64,000 nt of DNA from Candidatus Latescibacterota bacterium (GTDB lineage: Bacteria; Latescibacterota; UBA2968; UBA8231): the NCBI GenBank assembly GCA_965261395.1, contig OZ253462.1, positions 5,376,001 through 5,440,000 on the forward strand. Direction: 5' to 3'. Each line of letters opens with the position of its first letter. The first letter of the stretch is position 1. Made by a program: the position numbers and the translations under genes. Below, piece by piece: positions 18,482 through 28,511 of the stretch. The notes beneath the pieces are model-generated. The model was not told the DNA's origin. It worked only from the letters and a program-made list of their open reading frames with translations, and searched no databases.

Positions 18482-19228
18482 TCAGCGGTAGTCTTCGGCT
18501 CGGTCCGCGGGCACAAAGCCCACCGTCTGGCGAGCGTGCTCCAAGTCGCGGTAGCCCCATTTGTTGTCCGAGTTGACGAAGAAGATGTCGAAGGGCAAGT
18601 CGAGAGGGGCGGCAAGGCACTTTTCGATCATCTGCACGGCGTCGCGCTGGCTGCACCAGACGCAGTATTCGCGGGAATGGGTTGGGCGGTTCTCCGGGTT
18701 GACGCGGCCAAAGCGCAGGCAGAGGACAGACATGCCGTAGGCCGAGGCGTATTCGCGTCCCAGCTCTTCGCCCCAGACCTTGCTGGCCGCGTACAGACCC
18801 GTTGGCCGCAGGGGTGATTGCGCCGTCAGCATTGACCACGTAGCCGGCACTTGGTCGTATTCCCCGGCCAAAAGCTCCTTGTATGGCGAGAGCGCGGTGT
18901 ATCCACCCATGACCGACCCACTGCTGGCAAAGAGGACGCGGCGCACTCCGGCCTCGCGGGCCGCGGCGAAAACATTGCCGGTACCCTGCAAGTTGGCACG
19001 GAAAATCGCCGGCAGGTCATTGGCGATGTGCGCGGCGAGATGGACGACCGCATCGATCCCGGCAAAGGCCGGCCGGATGGCGTCGAGATCGGCGATGTCG
19101 GCCTGGTGGCAGTCGATGTGCGGGAGCGGGCGGCGGTTGAGGGCGCGCAAGTTATAGTGCTTGCGCAGGCTGGCGCACGCGGCCGTGCCGATCAGACCTG
19201 TGGCACCCGTGATGAGGACGTTTTGCAT
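18482..19228 (-). CDS. NAD-dependent epimerase/dehydratase (uronate dehydrogenase-like extended SDR)
   Basis: ITGATGLIG, VVHLAA, FASS, YAASK. Confidence 0.88.
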   Translation of the reverse strand: MQNVLITGATGLIGTAACASLRKHYNLRALNRRPLPHIDCHQADIADLDAIRPAFAGIDAVVHLAAHIANDLPAIFRANLQGTGNVFAAAREAGVRRVLFASSGSVMGGYTALSPYKELLAGEYDQVPATWSMLTAQSPLRPTGLYAASKVWGEELGREYASAYGMSVLCLRFGRVNPENRPTHSREYCVWCSQRDAVQMIEKCLAAPLDLPFDIFFVNSDNKWGYRDLEHARQTVGFVPADRAEDYR

Positions 19229-19377
19229 GGCGTGTCCGAACAGTTATGAGGTTCCACTAAGTAAGGAATTGCGGACGCGGTGTCCAGCAGAGCAGATTGT
19301 CGGCAAAGAGCGGTTTGGCTAATATAGACGGCGCGAAATGCACTGGAGCAATTTGCGGATTCTATGCGGCTATATCC

Positions 19378-20640
19378 TTGAAAAAAATACTAGTTCCACT
19401 GTTCATAAGTCTAATCGCCTGCGGAGGCGACGACCGCCCGCGCCCCGGCGAGCCGACCTCGGTAGTGTTGTGGGAATTCGGCGGGGTGCCGGGCCTGCGC
19501 GAATGGGTGCAGCAGGCCGTGGCCGACTTCAACGCCTCCCGCAGCGACATCCAAATCGAGCTGGAATTCCGCGACTGGGCGACGCAACGCGAGAGTCTGA
19601 TTAGCACCACCATCGTCGGCGATGGGCCGGATATCGTGCGGGTGCATCACAAGTACTCGGTGGAGTTCGGCGAGTTGGGGGGATTGTACGCGCTGGAGAA
19701 CTTCCCCGATTTCCCCCAAGTCAAGGAGCGCATCCTCGACAATGTTTGGGAACTGGTCGAATACGACGGCAAGCACTACGGCCTGCCGGTGACCATGCTG
19801 CCCTTCGTGCTGGCGGTCAACACCGACATTATGGCGCGGATGGGACTCGAAGTTCCCAAGACCTGGGATGAGATGCTGGCGCTCGGCCCGCAATTCGCGG
19901 GCACGGGAATCGAGCCTTTTACCATACCTGGGGGCCTCAATCTGGACACGGCCTACCGCTTCTTGCCGCTGCTGTACAAAGCGGGTGGGCGCGTCTTTAA
20001 CGACGATTGGTCGGCCGCGGCCTTTAACGGACCAGCCGGGCAAGCGGCGTTGGAGTTTTTGATAGAAATGAAGAACAAAGGCTATTTGCCCGCCGCCAGT
20101 GCTGCCTACGCTTTTGACGAGAATGCCGCGCACTGGTCAACGGGCAGGGCGGCGCTGTCGATTGAGGGGCCGTGGTGGCAGGATATCGTCCACGGCAACT
20201 ACGACTTCGATCTGAACAATCTGGCGCTGGCGCAGATTCCCACGCCCACCGAGCACCTCGGGCCGCGCGAATCGCGGACCTTGCTCGACGTAATTATGAT
20301 TGCCATAACGGGCTATACCAAGGTTCCCAATGAAGCTTGGGAAGTGATCAAGGCGCTGAATTTGGACCATCCGGTCTGGCGCAACCCCAACCCGACCATG
20401 GGCGGCATTCCCACGCTGAAGGCGGCCTATGTCGAAGGCGTGCAATCCGATTACATCGACCTAGACCAACTCGCCATAGCTGGGGCCAATGGGCTGGGCT
20501 GGCCGGGGCATCCGGCGGTCACCCAAATCCAGCGGCACATTGCCGACGCGGTCAATACGGCGCTGACCGGCACGCTAAGCCCCAAGGAGGCGCTGGACTT
20601 TGCCGCCGAAGAAGTAAACGAGGTGTTGAGTGATTACTAA
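19378..20640 (+). CDS. Carbohydrate ABC transporter (CUT1) substrate-binding lipoprotein
   Basis: Probable TTG start, lipobox LIAC. GPDIV, YDGKHYGLP, VPKTWDE, SPKEALD. Confidence 0.85.
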   Translation: MKKILVPLFISLIACGGDDRPRPGEPTSVVLWEFGGVPGLREWVQQAVADFNASRSDIQIELEFRDWATQRESLISTTIVGDGPDIVRVHHKYSVEFGELGGLYALENFPDFPQVKERILDNVWELVEYDGKHYGLPVTMLPFVLAVNTDIMARMGLEVPKTWDEMLALGPQFAGTGIEPFTIPGGLNLDTAYRFLPLLYKAGGRVFNDDWSAAAFNGPAGQAALEFLIEMKNKGYLPAASAAYAFDENAAHWSTGRAALSIEGPWWQDIVHGNYDFDLNNLALAQIPTPTEHLGPRESRTLLDVIMIAITGYTKVPNEAWEVIKALNLDHPVWRNPNPTMGGIPTLKAAYVEGVQSDYIDLDQLAIAGANGLGWPGHPAVTQIQRHIADAVNTALTGTLSPKEALDFAAEEVNEVLSDY

Positions 20641-21535
20641 AGGCGCGCTGCGCAAAAATCTGACGCCGTACTATTTTTTGTTGCCGGCGATTCTGGTCTT
20701 GGCGGTCGTCATCCTCTATCCGGTGTTCAGCAACCTGATCATGAGCTTGTACAAGGTGAAGCTCTTCCGCGGGGCTGGCGACGAGTTCATCGGCCTGACT
20801 CACTACGCCAAGCTCTTCGGCAGCCGCACCTTTGTCAACAGCATCTGGAGTTCGGTGCGCTTTACGCTTTACTCGCTGCCGGTGGCCTTCGTCTTGGGCT
20901 TGGGGATGGCGTTGATCTTCAACGAGATCCGCAAGTATCGGCCGGTCTTTACCGGCTTTCTGCTCATCCCCTGGGCCATCGCCCCGGTGGTGACCGGCTA
21001 TATGTGGCGCTGGCTCTTCCACGATAGCTTCGGCCTCGTCAATCATACGCTCCTGAGCCTCGGCTTCATCGACGCCAATGTCCCCTGGCTAGCGCAGCCA
21101 GACACAGCTATCGGCGCGGTGGTGGTGGCCAATGTCTGGCGCTTCATGCCCTATATCACCATCATGCTGCTGGCCGGTCTGCAGGGCGTATCCTCCGAGC
21201 TGTACGAGGCCGCGCACGTCGATGGAGCCAATGTGTTCGAGCGCTTCTTCCACGTGACGCTGCCGCAGCTCAAACACGTGATCGGGGTGGTCTTCCTCTT
21301 CGCCACGATCTGGATGGTCAACGACTTCGCGCTGATCTTCATTATGACCGAGGGAGGCCCGGCCAAGGCCACGCAGGTGGTGCCGATTACAGTGTATCGC
21401 ATCGCCTTCGAGCACCTGCGGCTCGGCAAGGGCGCGGCCGCGGCACTCATTCTGCTGCTCTTTTTGCTATCGTTGAGCATCGTCTTCATCCGCATGCTCT
21501 TCCGCGAGGAGAGGAGAAGCGGGGATGCGAATTAA
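20630..21535 (+). CDS. Carbohydrate ABC transporter permease
   Basis: EAA loop ELYEAAHVDGAN; about 6 TM helices. Confidence 0.92.
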   Translation: MITKGALRKNLTPYYFLLPAILVLAVVILYPVFSNLIMSLYKVKLFRGAGDEFIGLTHYAKLFGSRTFVNSIWSSVRFTLYSLPVAFVLGLGMALIFNEIRKYRPVFTGFLLIPWAIAPVVTGYMWRWLFHDSFGLVNHTLLSLGFIDANVPWLAQPDTAIGAVVVANVWRFMPYITIMLLAGLQGVSSELYEAAHVDGANVFERFFHVTLPQLKHVIGVVFLFATIWMVNDFALIFIMTEGGPAKATQVVPITVYRIAFEHLRLGKGAAAALILLLFLLSLSIVFIRMLFREERRSGDAN

Positions 21536-22364
21536 GACCCAAGAAAAAGTCCGCGCCTATCTCGCCTACGGCTTGGGATCGGTCTTTGTGCTCGCGCTGG
21601 TGATGCCGCTGATATGGGTGGTCACGACTTCGGTGCGTCCCCTGTCCGAGATGACGCAGACGCCGCCTTTGGTCTTTCCGCGCTCGGTCACTTTCAGCGC
21701 ATACGTCGATATGTGGGACACCGGGCCGTTTGGGAAGTACTTTGCCAACAGCATGGTGATTTCCCTTTCGACGGCCCTGATTGCCCTCGCGTTTAGCATC
21801 TGCGCGGCGTATGCCTTTGCCCGCTTTCGCTTTCGCGGCAATACCTTGTTGCTGATGGTAGTGGTGATGTCGCAAATGCTGCCTGGTTCTTCGATTCTCA
21901 TCCCGCTCTTTCAGGTGATTCGCTCGTTCGGCTTGCTCGACACGCATGTGGGCATGGTGCTGATCTACACGGGCTTTGCCATCCCCTTTTGCACCTGGCT
22001 GCTCAACGGCTATTTCCGCGCCATCCCCACCGACCTAGAGCAGGCCGCGCTCATCGACGGCTGCAATCGCCTTCAGCTACTCTACCGAATCATCTTGCCA
22101 TTGGCCGCACCAGCGATTGTGGCAGTGGGGACCTTTGCGTTTTTGCTTTCGTGGAATGAATTCTTGTTCGCTTTTGTGTTTACCAAATCGCAGGCCCTGA
22201 CCATTCCGGTGGGGCTACGCGCCGCGTTTTTGGGGCAATACGTCAACAAATACGACCAGCTATTCGCCGCGTCGCTGATTTTTAGCCTGCCGCCAATCGC
22301 GCTCTTTGTGGGGTTGCAGCGGTATTTTGTCCAGGGATTAACGGCTGGTGCCGTGAAGGGATAA
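21525..22364 (+). CDS. Carbohydrate ABC transporter permease
   Basis: DLEQAALIDGC, WNEFLFA, terminal GLTAGAVKG. Confidence 0.92.
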   Translation: MRIKTQEKVRAYLAYGLGSVFVLALVMPLIWVVTTSVRPLSEMTQTPPLVFPRSVTFSAYVDMWDTGPFGKYFANSMVISLSTALIALAFSICAAYAFARFRFRGNTLLLMVVVMSQMLPGSSILIPLFQVIRSFGLLDTHVGMVLIYTGFAIPFCTWLLNGYFRAIPTDLEQAALIDGCNRLQLLYRIILPLAAPAIVAVGTFAFLLSWNEFLFAFVFTKSQALTIPVGLRAAFLGQYVNKYDQLFAASLIFSLPPIALFVGLQRYFVQGLTAGAVKG

Positions 22365-22376
22365 GGAGTCCTCGCG

Positions 22377-23954
22377 ATGCGTTTTTTCAACACCAGCGGT
22401 CCGGTGGTGGCCGAGGATCACTACCGTATCCCGCCCTTGGAGCGACTGAACCTCGCCGCGGTGCGCCGGTTCATCCGCGACAAACGCTACTTCGTCCTGC
22501 ACGCGCCGCGGCAGACGGGCAAGACCTCGGCCCTGCTGGCGCTGCGCGATCTGCTCAACGCCGAAGGGGCCTATCGCTGCGTGTACGTCAACGTGGAAGG
22601 CGGGCAGGCCGGGCGCGAAGATGTGGAACAGGTAATACGCACCGTTTTGGGAGCGTTGGCGTCTCGGGCGAGCTGGACGCTGGACGACGATTTCTTGGAT
22701 GCGATTTGGCCCGACCTCTTGACCAAATACGGTCCGCACGCGGCTCTGCAAGAGGCATTGACGCGCTGGTCCAAGGCTGATCCCAAGCCCTTCGTGCTGC
22801 TGATCGACGAAATAGATTCCTTGATCGGCGATTCTTTGCTGTCGGTGCTGCGGCAGTTGCGGGCCGGCTACGATTTGCGACCAGCGGGTTTTCCGCAGAG
22901 CGTGGTGCTGTGCGGGGTGCGCGATGTGCGCGATTACCGCATTCAATCGACGGCGGAGAATGCGCTTATCGCCGGCGGTAGTGCGTTCAATATCAAAGCG
23001 CGCTCGTTGCGTCTGGGCGACTTTTCGCGGGCGGAGGTGCTGGCGCTATTGGGTCAGCACACCGAGGAGACGGGGCAGATATTCACCGCCGAGGCGCTGG
23101 ACGCGGTTTGGACGCAGACCCAAGGACAGCCGTGGCTAGTCAACGCGCTGGCCGACGAAGCCTGCTTCTATGGCGAATTTGCCGAGGCGTGGCATCGTCC
23201 GGTAGCCGCCGAAGCCATCCGCGCCGCGCAAGAGCAACTCATCCTGCGGCGCGAGACGCATCTGGATCAGTTGGCCGACAAGCTCCAAGAGGAGCGGGTG
23301 CGGCGGGTGGTCGAGCCGCTGTTGAGCGGCGGCGAAGCGCGCGCTATGCCCTCCGACGACTTGACCTATCTCCGCGATCTGGGGCTGATCAGTGCAGATG
23401 ATCCGGCTCGTATTGCCAACCCCATTTACCGCGAGGTTATTCCGCGGGAACTCACCTATACCACCCAAGCGATGTTGGCGCAAGAAACGGCGTGGTATGT
23501 GGGGGACGATGGAGACCTACACGTCGGCAAACTACTAACCGCGTTCCAAGCGTTCTTCCGCGAGCACTCCGAGCACTGGGTCGAGCGGTTCGAGTACAAG
23601 GAAGCGGGGCCACAGTTGCTGTTGCAGGCATTTTTGCAGCGCATCGTCAACAGCGGCGGTCGCATCGAGCGCGAATACGGCCTCGGTCGGATGCGGACGG
23701 ATTTGCTGATTGTGTGGCCGCAGGGCGAACAGACGCGCCAGTTCGTCGTCGAGTGCAAGGTGCTGCACAAGAGCTTGAAGCAGACCATCGCCGAGGGGTT
23801 GGAGCAGACGGCGGAGTACATGGATCGCTGCGCGGCCGAGGCGGGTCATCTGGTGATTTTCGACCGGCGCGAAGGGCGGCGTTGGGCGGACAAGGTGTTC
23901 CACCGCCGCCGGACCGCGGACCGCGGGGTCGAGATCGATATTTGGGGAATGTGA
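22377..23954 (+). CDS. AAA+ ATPase with C-terminal PD-(D/E)xK nuclease-like domain
   Basis: FFNTSGP, Walker A APRQTGKT, Walker B LLIDEID, TQGQPWL, C-terminal REY..GRMRTDL...VECK. Confidence 0.85.
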   Translation: MRFFNTSGPVVAEDHYRIPPLERLNLAAVRRFIRDKRYFVLHAPRQTGKTSALLALRDLLNAEGAYRCVYVNVEGGQAGREDVEQVIRTVLGALASRASWTLDDDFLDAIWPDLLTKYGPHAALQEALTRWSKADPKPFVLLIDEIDSLIGDSLLSVLRQLRAGYDLRPAGFPQSVVLCGVRDVRDYRIQSTAENALIAGGSAFNIKARSLRLGDFSRAEVLALLGQHTEETGQIFTAEALDAVWTQTQGQPWLVNALADEACFYGEFAEAWHRPVAAEAIRAAQEQLILRRETHLDQLADKLQEERVRRVVEPLLSGGEARAMPSDDLTYLRDLGLISADDPARIANPIYREVIPRELTYTTQAMLAQETAWYVGDDGDLHVGKLLTAFQAFFREHSEHWVERFEYKEAGPQLLLQAFLQRIVNSGGRIEREYGLGRMRTDLLIVWPQGEQTRQFVVECKVLHKSLKQTIAEGLEQTAEYMDRCAAEAGHLVIFDRREGRRWADKVFHRRRTADRGVEIDIWGM

Positions 23955-23977
23955 CCGTAAGGAAAGGAACGCGACCT

Positions 23978-24958
23978 ATGAAAAAAACATGGCTGCTGAG
24001 CCTGCTGCTAATCGCCTGCGGACAGCCGGACGACGCGCCCGACAAACTCAAGATCGGCTACGTGATCAACTTCATGTCGCACGAGTGGTATCAAAACATC
24101 AGCAAGTCGGCGACAGCGCGGGCAGCCGAGTTGGGTGTCGAGCTGATCGTCGCCGATGCCAACCTCGACGTGGCAGCGCAAATCTCCAAGGCCGAAAACC
24201 TGCTCGCCCAAGGGGTCGAGGTGCTGATTTTGTCGCCGGTGGATGCCAAGGCGATGGGGCCGATAGTGCGGCAGGCCAAGGCCGCGGGTGCCAAGGTGAT
24301 TACCGAATCCAACCCCGTGCCAGAGGCCGACAGCTACGTGGGAATCGACAACTACGCCAGCGGGGTCAAGGCCGGTGAGTGGTTTGCCGAGTACGCCCAA
24401 GCCAAGGGGATCGATCCCAAAATCCTCACCGTCGGTTTCCCCAACTTCGAGGATTGCCGGCAGCGGGTCGATGGTTTTAAGGACGCGCTCGCGGCCTCGG
24501 GTCTGACCTATACAATCGTCCAAGAAGTCGATGGGCAGGGCCTCAAAGAAAAGGCGTTCAAGGTGGCGCAGGACGCGCTGACAGCCAACCCGCAGATCAA
24601 CGTGATCTACGGCATCAACGACGATTCGACGACCGGCGGCATGGCGGCCTATAAAGCTGCGGGTCTCGACGAAGCAGCGCTGACGGCGATCGGCTTTGGC
24701 TTCGAGGGCACCGTGGGACAGACGGCCCTGACTGGCGACACGCCCTACGCGGCGGCCCTGGCAATGTTTCCCAACTTCGTCGGCGCATCGCTGATTGACG
24801 CAGCCGTGCAGTTGAGCGAAGGCAAATCGTTGCCCGACCACTACGAGACGCCGACCATCGTCGTCACCCGCGACAATCTCAGCCGCTTCTACGACATAAG
24901 CACCGAGCCGCCCTTCGCCCTCAAGGTGGATGCGGTGCGGGCCTTGATGTCGCAATGA
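23978..24958 (+). CDS. Monosaccharide ABC transporter (RbsB-like) substrate-binding lipoprotein
   Basis: GGAAAGGA RBS, lipobox LIAC. VGIDNY, QRVDGF, GINDD. Confidence 0.88.
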   Translation: MKKTWLLSLLLIACGQPDDAPDKLKIGYVINFMSHEWYQNISKSATARAAELGVELIVADANLDVAAQISKAENLLAQGVEVLILSPVDAKAMGPIVRQAKAAGAKVITESNPVPEADSYVGIDNYASGVKAGEWFAEYAQAKGIDPKILTVGFPNFEDCRQRVDGFKDALAASGLTYTIVQEVDGQGLKEKAFKVAQDALTANPQINVIYGINDDSTTGGMAAYKAAGLDEAALTAIGFGFEGTVGQTALTGDTPYAAALAMFPNFVGASLIDAAVQLSEGKSLPDHYETPTIVVTRDNLSRFYDISTEPPFALKVDAVRALMSQ

Positions 24959-25926
24959 GTCGCTTTCTTGCGCGAGTACTCCACAGCGAGCAGGCCGGGC
25001 TGTTGCTGGCGTTGGTCTTGCTCTGCGTGGGGATTTCGCTTTTGACGCCGGTCTTCTTTACCGCCGTCAATATCAAGAACGTGCTGCGCGACGCCTCGCT
25101 GGTGGCCATCGCCGGGATCGGCATGGTGATGATCATCCTGCTCGGCGAGATCGACCTGAGCGTCGGCTCGACCCAAGCCGTGGCCGGGATCATCGCCGTA
25201 GCTGTGCTCAATCAGTTTGAGAGCGTGACGCTGGCGCTGGGGGCCGCACTGGTTGCCGGGGCGCTCGTCGGCCTGTGCAACGGACTGTTGGTCACCAAGG
25301 CCGGCATCAACTCCCTGATCGCCACCTTGGGTATGATGGCGATTTTGCGCGGCTCGGCCATGGTCAGTACCCAAGCGGTATCGATCCAAGGCAAAGTAGA
25401 AGGCTTCGTCGAAGTGGGGACCGGATACTTGGGGCCGATCCCGATCCCGGTACTGGTGACCTTTGTCCTCTTCGGGTTGTTTTACTACGTCCTGCACCAC
25501 ACCATCCTCGGCCGCTACATCTACGCCATCGGCGGCAATATCCAAGCGGCGCGGCTGGCGGGCTTGGCCGTTGATCGCACGCGCGTCTTGGTCTTTGTGC
25601 TCGGCGGGGTGCTAGCGGCCTTGAGCGCCTTTATCTTGGCCTCGCGCCTCAACTCCGGGCAGCCGAATGCCGGCCTAGGGTTTGAGTTGCAGGTGATCGC
25701 CGCGGTGATCTTGGGCGGCATCAGCCTGACGGGCGGCGTGGGTACGCTCGGCGGTGCTTTTATCGGCATCCTGATTCTGACGGTGCTCTCCAACGGCTTG
25801 GTGCTTTTGAACGTGTCGTCCTTCTACCACGATATTGCGCGCGGCGCGGTAATTATTCTCGCCGTGTATCTGGACACCCGGCGCAAGCAGAGCCTCCTGC
25901 GACGGCTACTCGCCCCCCCAACATGA
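24955..25926 (+). CDS. Monosaccharide ABC transporter permease (RbsC-like)
   Basis: GEIDLSVGS, GRYIYAIGGN..AARLAG, ELQVIAAVILGG. Confidence 0.92.
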   Translation: MSRFLARVLHSEQAGLLLALVLLCVGISLLTPVFFTAVNIKNVLRDASLVAIAGIGMVMIILLGEIDLSVGSTQAVAGIIAVAVLNQFESVTLALGAALVAGALVGLCNGLLVTKAGINSLIATLGMMAILRGSAMVSTQAVSIQGKVEGFVEVGTGYLGPIPIPVLVTFVLFGLFYYVLHHTILGRYIYAIGGNIQAARLAGLAVDRTRVLVFVLGGVLAALSAFILASRLNSGQPNAGLGFELQVIAAVILGGISLTGGVGTLGGAFIGILILTVLSNGLVLLNVSSFYHDIARGAVIILAVYLDTRRKQSLLRRLLAPPT

Positions 25927-27413
25927 CGCCGCTGCTTTCCCTAGAGGATATCCACAAGCGCTTCCCCGGCGTCTATGCGCTCAAGGGCGTTGATTTCGCG
26001 GTACTGCCAGGGGAAGTCCACGCGCTGGTCGGCGAAAACGGCGCGGGCAAGAGCACCTTGATCAAAATTGCGGCCGGCGTGTATAGCCGCGACCAAGGCC
26101 GCTACCAGATCGCAGGCCGCCCCGTAGATATCCGCCATCCGCGCCAAGCCCTGGACCACGGGCTGGCGGTCGTTTACCAAGAGTTAGAGTTAGTCCCTTC
26201 GCTGTCGGTGGCTGAGAATTTGTTCTTCGGCCGCCTGCCGCACGGGCGCGGTGGGCGCGTCCACTGGAACTCGCTCTACGCTGCGTCTGCAACGCTATTG
26301 GCCGAGGTCGGGCTATCGGTTGACCCGCAGACCAAGGTCGGCCATCTCGGCGTAGCCGCGCAGCAATTGGTCGAGATCGCGCGGGCGCTGGCGTGCGACG
26401 CCCAAGTAATCGTCATGGACGAGCCAACCTCGGCGCTGAGTACGCGCGAGATCGACAAACTCTTTGCGCTCATCGCCCGGCTCAAGGCGCGAGGCGTGGG
26501 CGTGGTCTATGTATCGCACAAGCTCGCCGAGGTCATGGCGCTGGCCGACCGGGTGACGGTCTTGCGCGACGGAGAGCGCGTCGCCTGCGAGCAAGCCGCC
26601 GACCTCGACGAAGAGCGGCTGATCGCGCTGATGGTGGGGCGGGCATTGGGCCAAGGTTTTCCCGCAGCCGATCGCACGCCGGGGCCGTGTGCACTGGAAG
26701 TGGATGGGCTGACCACGGACCGGGTGCGGGACATTTCCTTCCGGGTCTGCGCTGGGGAAATCGTCGGCTTCTCCGGACTGATGGGCGCGGGGCGGACGGA
26801 ACTAGCACGGGCCGTGATGGGCGTGGATCGCCGCCGCGCGGGAACTGTCACCCTCGGCGGGGTCGCCGTGCCAGCGAACGCACCGCCGAGGGCGCGTACC
26901 CTCGGATTGGGACTAGTACCGGAGGATCGCCGGGCCGACGGCCTGTTCGCCCAGCAAAGCGTGCGCGCAAACGCGAGCGTCGCGGCCTTAGAGCAGTTTT
27001 GCCGCGCCGGGCACGTGCAGGTAGGAGCGGAGCGGCAGCAAGTCGGCGCACTCGTCGCACGCCTGCGCCTGCGTCCCCCCGACCAAGAGCAGACCATCGC
27101 TCGGCTCAGTGGCGGCAATCAGCAAAAGGTGCTGCTGGCCCGCTGGCTGCTGAAGGAAAATTTGCAGGTGCTGCTCGTCGATGAGCCGACCCGGGGGATC
27201 GATGTCGGCGCCAAGGCCGAGATCTATCAATTGCTGGACGAACTGGCGCGCCAAGGGCTGGCAATCGTGGTCCTCTCGTCGGAAATGCCCGAAATTCTGG
27301 GACTGTGCGACCGAGTGTACGTGATGCGCGAGGGACGGATTGCCGCCGAATACGCACGGGCCGAGGCCACGCCGGAAAAACTTTTGGCCAGCGCCCTACC
27401 CAGCGCCAGCTAA
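25923..27413 (+). CDS. Monosaccharide ABC transporter ATP-binding protein (RbsA-like)
   Basis: GENGAGKST, MDEPTS, LSGGNQQK, DEPTRGIDVGAK. Confidence 0.95.
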   Translation: MTPLLSLEDIHKRFPGVYALKGVDFAVLPGEVHALVGENGAGKSTLIKIAAGVYSRDQGRYQIAGRPVDIRHPRQALDHGLAVVYQELELVPSLSVAENLFFGRLPHGRGGRVHWNSLYAASATLLAEVGLSVDPQTKVGHLGVAAQQLVEIARALACDAQVIVMDEPTSALSTREIDKLFALIARLKARGVGVVYVSHKLAEVMALADRVTVLRDGERVACEQAADLDEERLIALMVGRALGQGFPAADRTPGPCALEVDGLTTDRVRDISFRVCAGEIVGFSGLMGAGRTELARAVMGVDRRRAGTVTLGGVAVPANAPPRARTLGLGLVPEDRRADGLFAQQSVRANASVAALEQFCRAGHVQVGAERQQVGALVARLRLRPPDQEQTIARLSGGNQQKVLLARWLLKENLQVLLVDEPTRGIDVGAKAEIYQLLDELARQGLAIVVLSSEMPEILGLCDRVYVMREGRIAAEYARAEATPEKLLASALPSAS

Positions 27414-27443
27414 AGCCATTCATCCCCATCAAAGAGGTGCAAC

Positions 27444-28472
27444 GTGAAAATCCTCATCACCGGCGGCACCGGCCGCGTCGGAGCCAATTTGGCGCAAGCC
27501 CTGCTCGACAAAGGGCACGAGATCCGCTCGTTTGTCTATCCCGGCGACCAAAGCCGCGCCCACAAGCTCGACGGCTTTGACCGCGTCGAGACCATCGAAG
27601 GCGATTTGCGCAATTTCGCCGACGTGCGCCGCGCGGTCGAGGGAGTCGATGCGGTGTACCACATCGCCGCGGCCTTTGCCGGCCCCTTCGACAACCGCGA
27701 ATACCTCGAAATCAACGGCATGGGCACCATCAACGTGCTGGAGTCCATCCGCGAGCTAGCGCCCAATCTGCACCGCTTGGTCTATGCTTCCACTGAGGCG
27801 ATCTACTGGGACAATCCCTACAACGGCCGCTGCTTTGAAGAGCCAATCCGCGAAGATCAGGTCGCCCGCTACCAGACGATGCCCTACTTCCTGACCAAGT
27901 GGATCGGTGAAGAGCTAGTGATGAGCTATCACCGCCAGTACGGGTTGCCGGCCGCGACCACGCGCTTTGCCACGATTATTGAGCCGGGGGAATTCCTCGA
28001 CGAAAATGGCTTGCCGCACCTGTTTTTGTTGGGGCCGGTTTACGAGCGGTTCAAGGACCAAGAGGGGGCCGAGGAGCTCAAGGCGCTGTGGACGGGCGAG
28101 GAGCAGTTCTTGCTATCGCGGAATCCAGACGGGCGACCCTATCGGCAGGCGTTTGCCGACGTACGCGACATCGTCCAAGGGCTGGTACTGGCGCTGGAGC
28201 GGGACGAGGCCGTGGGCGAGGTATTCAACTTGGGCGGGGCCGCGCTGTTCGACTGGGGTACAGCCGTCCCCTATCTCGCCGAGCGCTTCGGGCTGGGGTT
28301 CGTCGAGGCGCGGCGGCCGGATTGGAACTACTTCGAGTTAGATTTGACCAACATCAAGGAAAAATTGGGGTTTGAACCCAAGCACGACTTGGCGAGCATA
28401 CTCGATGCGGCTGAGGCCATGCGGCGCGGCGAGGACGTGGGGATTATCCCGACGGGGGTGCGCTTTGGATAG
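27444..28472 (+). CDS. NAD-dependent epimerase/dehydratase
   Basis: ITGGTGRVG, YHIAA, YFLTK, DVRD. Confidence 0.88.
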   Translation: MKILITGGTGRVGANLAQALLDKGHEIRSFVYPGDQSRAHKLDGFDRVETIEGDLRNFADVRRAVEGVDAVYHIAAAFAGPFDNREYLEINGMGTINVLESIRELAPNLHRLVYASTEAIYWDNPYNGRCFEEPIREDQVARYQTMPYFLTKWIGEELVMSYHRQYGLPAATTRFATIIEPGEFLDENGLPHLFLLGPVYERFKDQEGAEELKALWTGEEQFLLSRNPDGRPYRQAFADVRDIVQGLVLALERDEAVGEVFNLGGAALFDWGTAVPYLAERFGLGFVEARRPDWNYFELDLTNIKEKLGFEPKHDLASILDAAEAMRRGEDVGIIPTGVRFG

Positions 28473-28511
28473 GCGTAGTGTCGCACCGGAATTTCCTGTT
28501 GTGAGGAGAAC

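Noticed and set aside
19378-22364. CUT1 ABC transporter lacking an ATPase as an anomaly, or the inserted AAA gene as its ATPase
   Set aside because: CUT1 systems commonly share a distal MsmX/MalK ATPase, and the inserted protein has no ABC signature.
23492-23977. N-terminal extension of the RbsB-like ORF
   Set aside because: It overlaps the AAA gene; RBS and lipoprotein signal define the start at 23978.
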